DNA from: Macrostomum lignano
Taxonomy: Eukaryota
NCBI GenBank assembly: GCA_002269645.1
Contig: NIVC01001433.1
Coordinates: 201,438 to 265,437, forward strand
Direction: 5' to 3'
Length of the DNA: 64,000 nucleotides
Below, piece after piece: positions 62,269 through 64,000 of the stretch (positions are counted from its first letter, which is position 1; every line of letters begins with the position of its first letter). The notes below the pieces were generated by a model. That model worked only from the letters and a program-made list of their open reading frames with translations, had not been told where the DNA came from and did no database searches. Made by a program: the position numbers and the translations under genes.

Positions 62269-62505
62269 ATGTTTCCAGTTGTCTCTCCAGGTTCTTATTA
62301 CAAAGCGCACGAGCCTAATTACAAGAGTAAGTACCGATGCAAACTTGAATGCAGCGAGTACATGAGAAAATATTGGCCCGGCGTTGATATCAATGTCCCT
62401 AATATTAATCTAGCTCTCCAAAGACACTGGTTTCATAAGTATGGAGTAGTCATTAACGATTACGACAGCTACTATAACTTTGCAGAAATCATTAGGCAAT
62501 TGTAA
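62269..62505 (+). CDS. 78-aa hypothetical protein inside the Maverick terminus
   Basis: ATG-initiated, non-repetitive Tyr/Lys-rich ORF, convergent with the minor capsid gene; no recognisable family. Confidence 0.35.
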   Translation: MFPVVSPGSYYKAHEPNYKSKYRCKLECSEYMRKYWPGVDINVPNINLALQRHWFHKYGVVINDYDSYYNFAEIIRQL

Positions 62506-62511
62506 TTTTTC

Positions 62512-63380
62512 TCACATTCTCTCAATGATTAACGTCAATACAAACTCTTCACCGTTGAAATCAACACCCACCCCATCTTCAGTCTCAAACTGTAGCACAA
62601 TCTCGTGAATCTCCTTATTACTCAATACAACTCTTTTCACTGGATTTGGTTTCTCTACCAGCATCTGTCCTCCAGCAACAGAGTTAGAGATGTTGTACAA
62701 AATATTCGTTCGCTTTCCCTTAAATACCCAATCAAGACTGATATTACTTTTGATTAGAATATCAAACCCTTTACAATGTCTGCAATATTGGGTGCTAAGA
62801 ACAAACCGCTTACGTTTTCCCGGGCCATGCTAACGGCCCCTGACGCTTGAGTGGCGGTCCGCGCCGCGGATTCTGCCTTATAAACTTTCTTCTCGAATCC
62901 AATTCCCTATACCAAGTGTCATCTATAAACTCAACCTCCGCATCTTTGTGAACTTGCATGACCACTCTCATTACAGTGAGATCATAGGCTAGTTTGACAG
63001 GGAACAGTTTTTTATCTGGCTTTCATATCAGGTGTCTCAAAATGGTCTTTTAGTAAAGACGTTTTCTAGAAAGTAATTGTGGGTATCCACACTTTGCGTG
63101 CTCACAGGGAATACCACAGGTTCTGCTGCTGCACCTTTCCATTTGTAATAAAACTTATTATTTGCTGCCGTCACATTGGGAACGTTTGACCAACCAGTGA
63201 AGTCGTTAAGATAGACATGGTAATTAGCACCTGGATCCAGGCTAATCGCTGCTCTAATTTTTGAACAAATATCCCGTTTGAGTCATTTATTCGCCCAGTT
63301 ATTGTAATAGGAATGCTCTCCTTGGAGTGAGAAACAATATTATTTAGTCTTTCAGCATCGCTTCCATTTTTTTCACCCAA
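62512..63380 (-). pseudogene. Polinton/Maverick minor capsid protein (penton), frameshifted
   Basis: N-terminal reading ISLDPGANYHVYLNDFTGWSNVPNVTAANNKFYY and C-terminal NILYNISNSVAGGQMLVEKPNPVKRVVLSNKEIHEIVLQFETEDGVGVDFNGEEFVLTLII match the Polinton mCP pattern as I recall it. Confidence 0.7.
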
Positions 63381-63393
63381 AAAAAATTTAAAC

Positions 63394-64000
63394 TTTACTG
63401 GATGAATTGTTGATCATGTTAAGCTTCACCTTCCTCTCAAATGCATAGATAATGTACAGGTCCACGGGTGTTGCGGCAGTCCTCTCAATGTTAGTCACGA
63501 TATTCACAGGGTGTTATCAGTAGGGCATTTGTCTGGCAACACATCAGCGCCAAACATCGGATATAGAGTTCCATATTGAAGAGCAGTGATAGCCAATTCC
63601 ATTGTTCTCTTTCACAGCCAAGTCGACCAACTCGCTGTAAAATTTGCTAATCTTGTTCTGACTGAAAATCTCCATTTTGTGGCAGTGCAGGGTAAAGATT
63701 ATCACTGATTTCATGCTGAATGGACGCACGTCTCCATGCATGTAGCGTATAATGCTATTTGGTTTCTCATGTTAATAATAATATACTTGGATTGCTGCAT
63801 GATACCTCTTTAATGCGGATGTTTGTTCTAGTTTCGTTTCGCTCATCTCGACACATGTAGGCCGTGTATGCAACATCAATGTCCTTCTCTATTGCCTTAA
63901 GATAGTCTGCTTTTAGTGCAGTCTTTGGCTCAATGACTTCCAAATACAGCTCGATTCCGGTTAGCTTCACCTCCATCCTTGTGTGATCCGCCCCAGTCCA
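63394..64000 (-). pseudogene. Polinton/Maverick major capsid protein (double jelly-roll), C-terminal part, disrupted
   Basis: Fragments EVKLTGIELYLEVIEP, FSQNKISKFYSELVDL..IGYHCSSIW and the terminal VNIVTNIERTAATPVDLYIIYAFERKVKLNMINNSSSKV*; lies immediately upstream of the mCP gene on the same strand, the usual Polinton arrangement. Confidence 0.6.

Larger units (their letters stand above)
61802..64000. mobile_element. Terminus of a Polinton/Maverick (endogenous virus-like transposon); continues beyond the right edge
   Basis: Abrupt switch from CYLD intron 4 (TACCTTTTTATCC) to AGTAG...; ~350-bp repetitive terminal region; decayed minor and major capsid genes on the minus strand. Confidence 0.8.

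Overview
Eukaryotic (animal) genomic DNA, intron- and minisatellite-rich. The style suggests a free-living flatworm such as Macrostomum; this is inference only. Left part, minus strand: the 5' seven exons of NBAS (runs off the left edge), a complete 4-exon eIF4A3, and a 71-aa single-pass membrane ORF. These three genes sit head-to-tail about 1 kb apart. Next comes a ~6.4-kb AT-rich block almost devoid of CpG, then an intronless DNAJB6-like gene (+). From 26.4 kb onward is a tandem array of four CYLD deubiquitinase paralogs (+). Copy 1 is intact (849 aa). Copies 2 and 3 are a near-identical ~11.75-kb duplication with a nonsense codon, an in-frame CAP-Gly deletion and an intronic mariner; copy 2 keeps an intact USP domain. 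Copy 4 is frameshifted and is interrupted in intron 4 by the end of a Polinton/Maverick carrying decayed minor and major capsid genes, which runs off the right edge. Intron 6 of copies 1-3 holds a 1.2-1.7-kb non-coding element with ~180-bp AGTAGT-terminated TIRs and a 6-bp TSD (candidate mini-Maverick). Other elements: a CACTA/EnSpm transposase relic, a LINE 3' fragment, tRNA-derived SINEs, hAT-like MITEs and more than ten distinct minisatellites. Most long ORFs in the supplied track are repeat artefacts.
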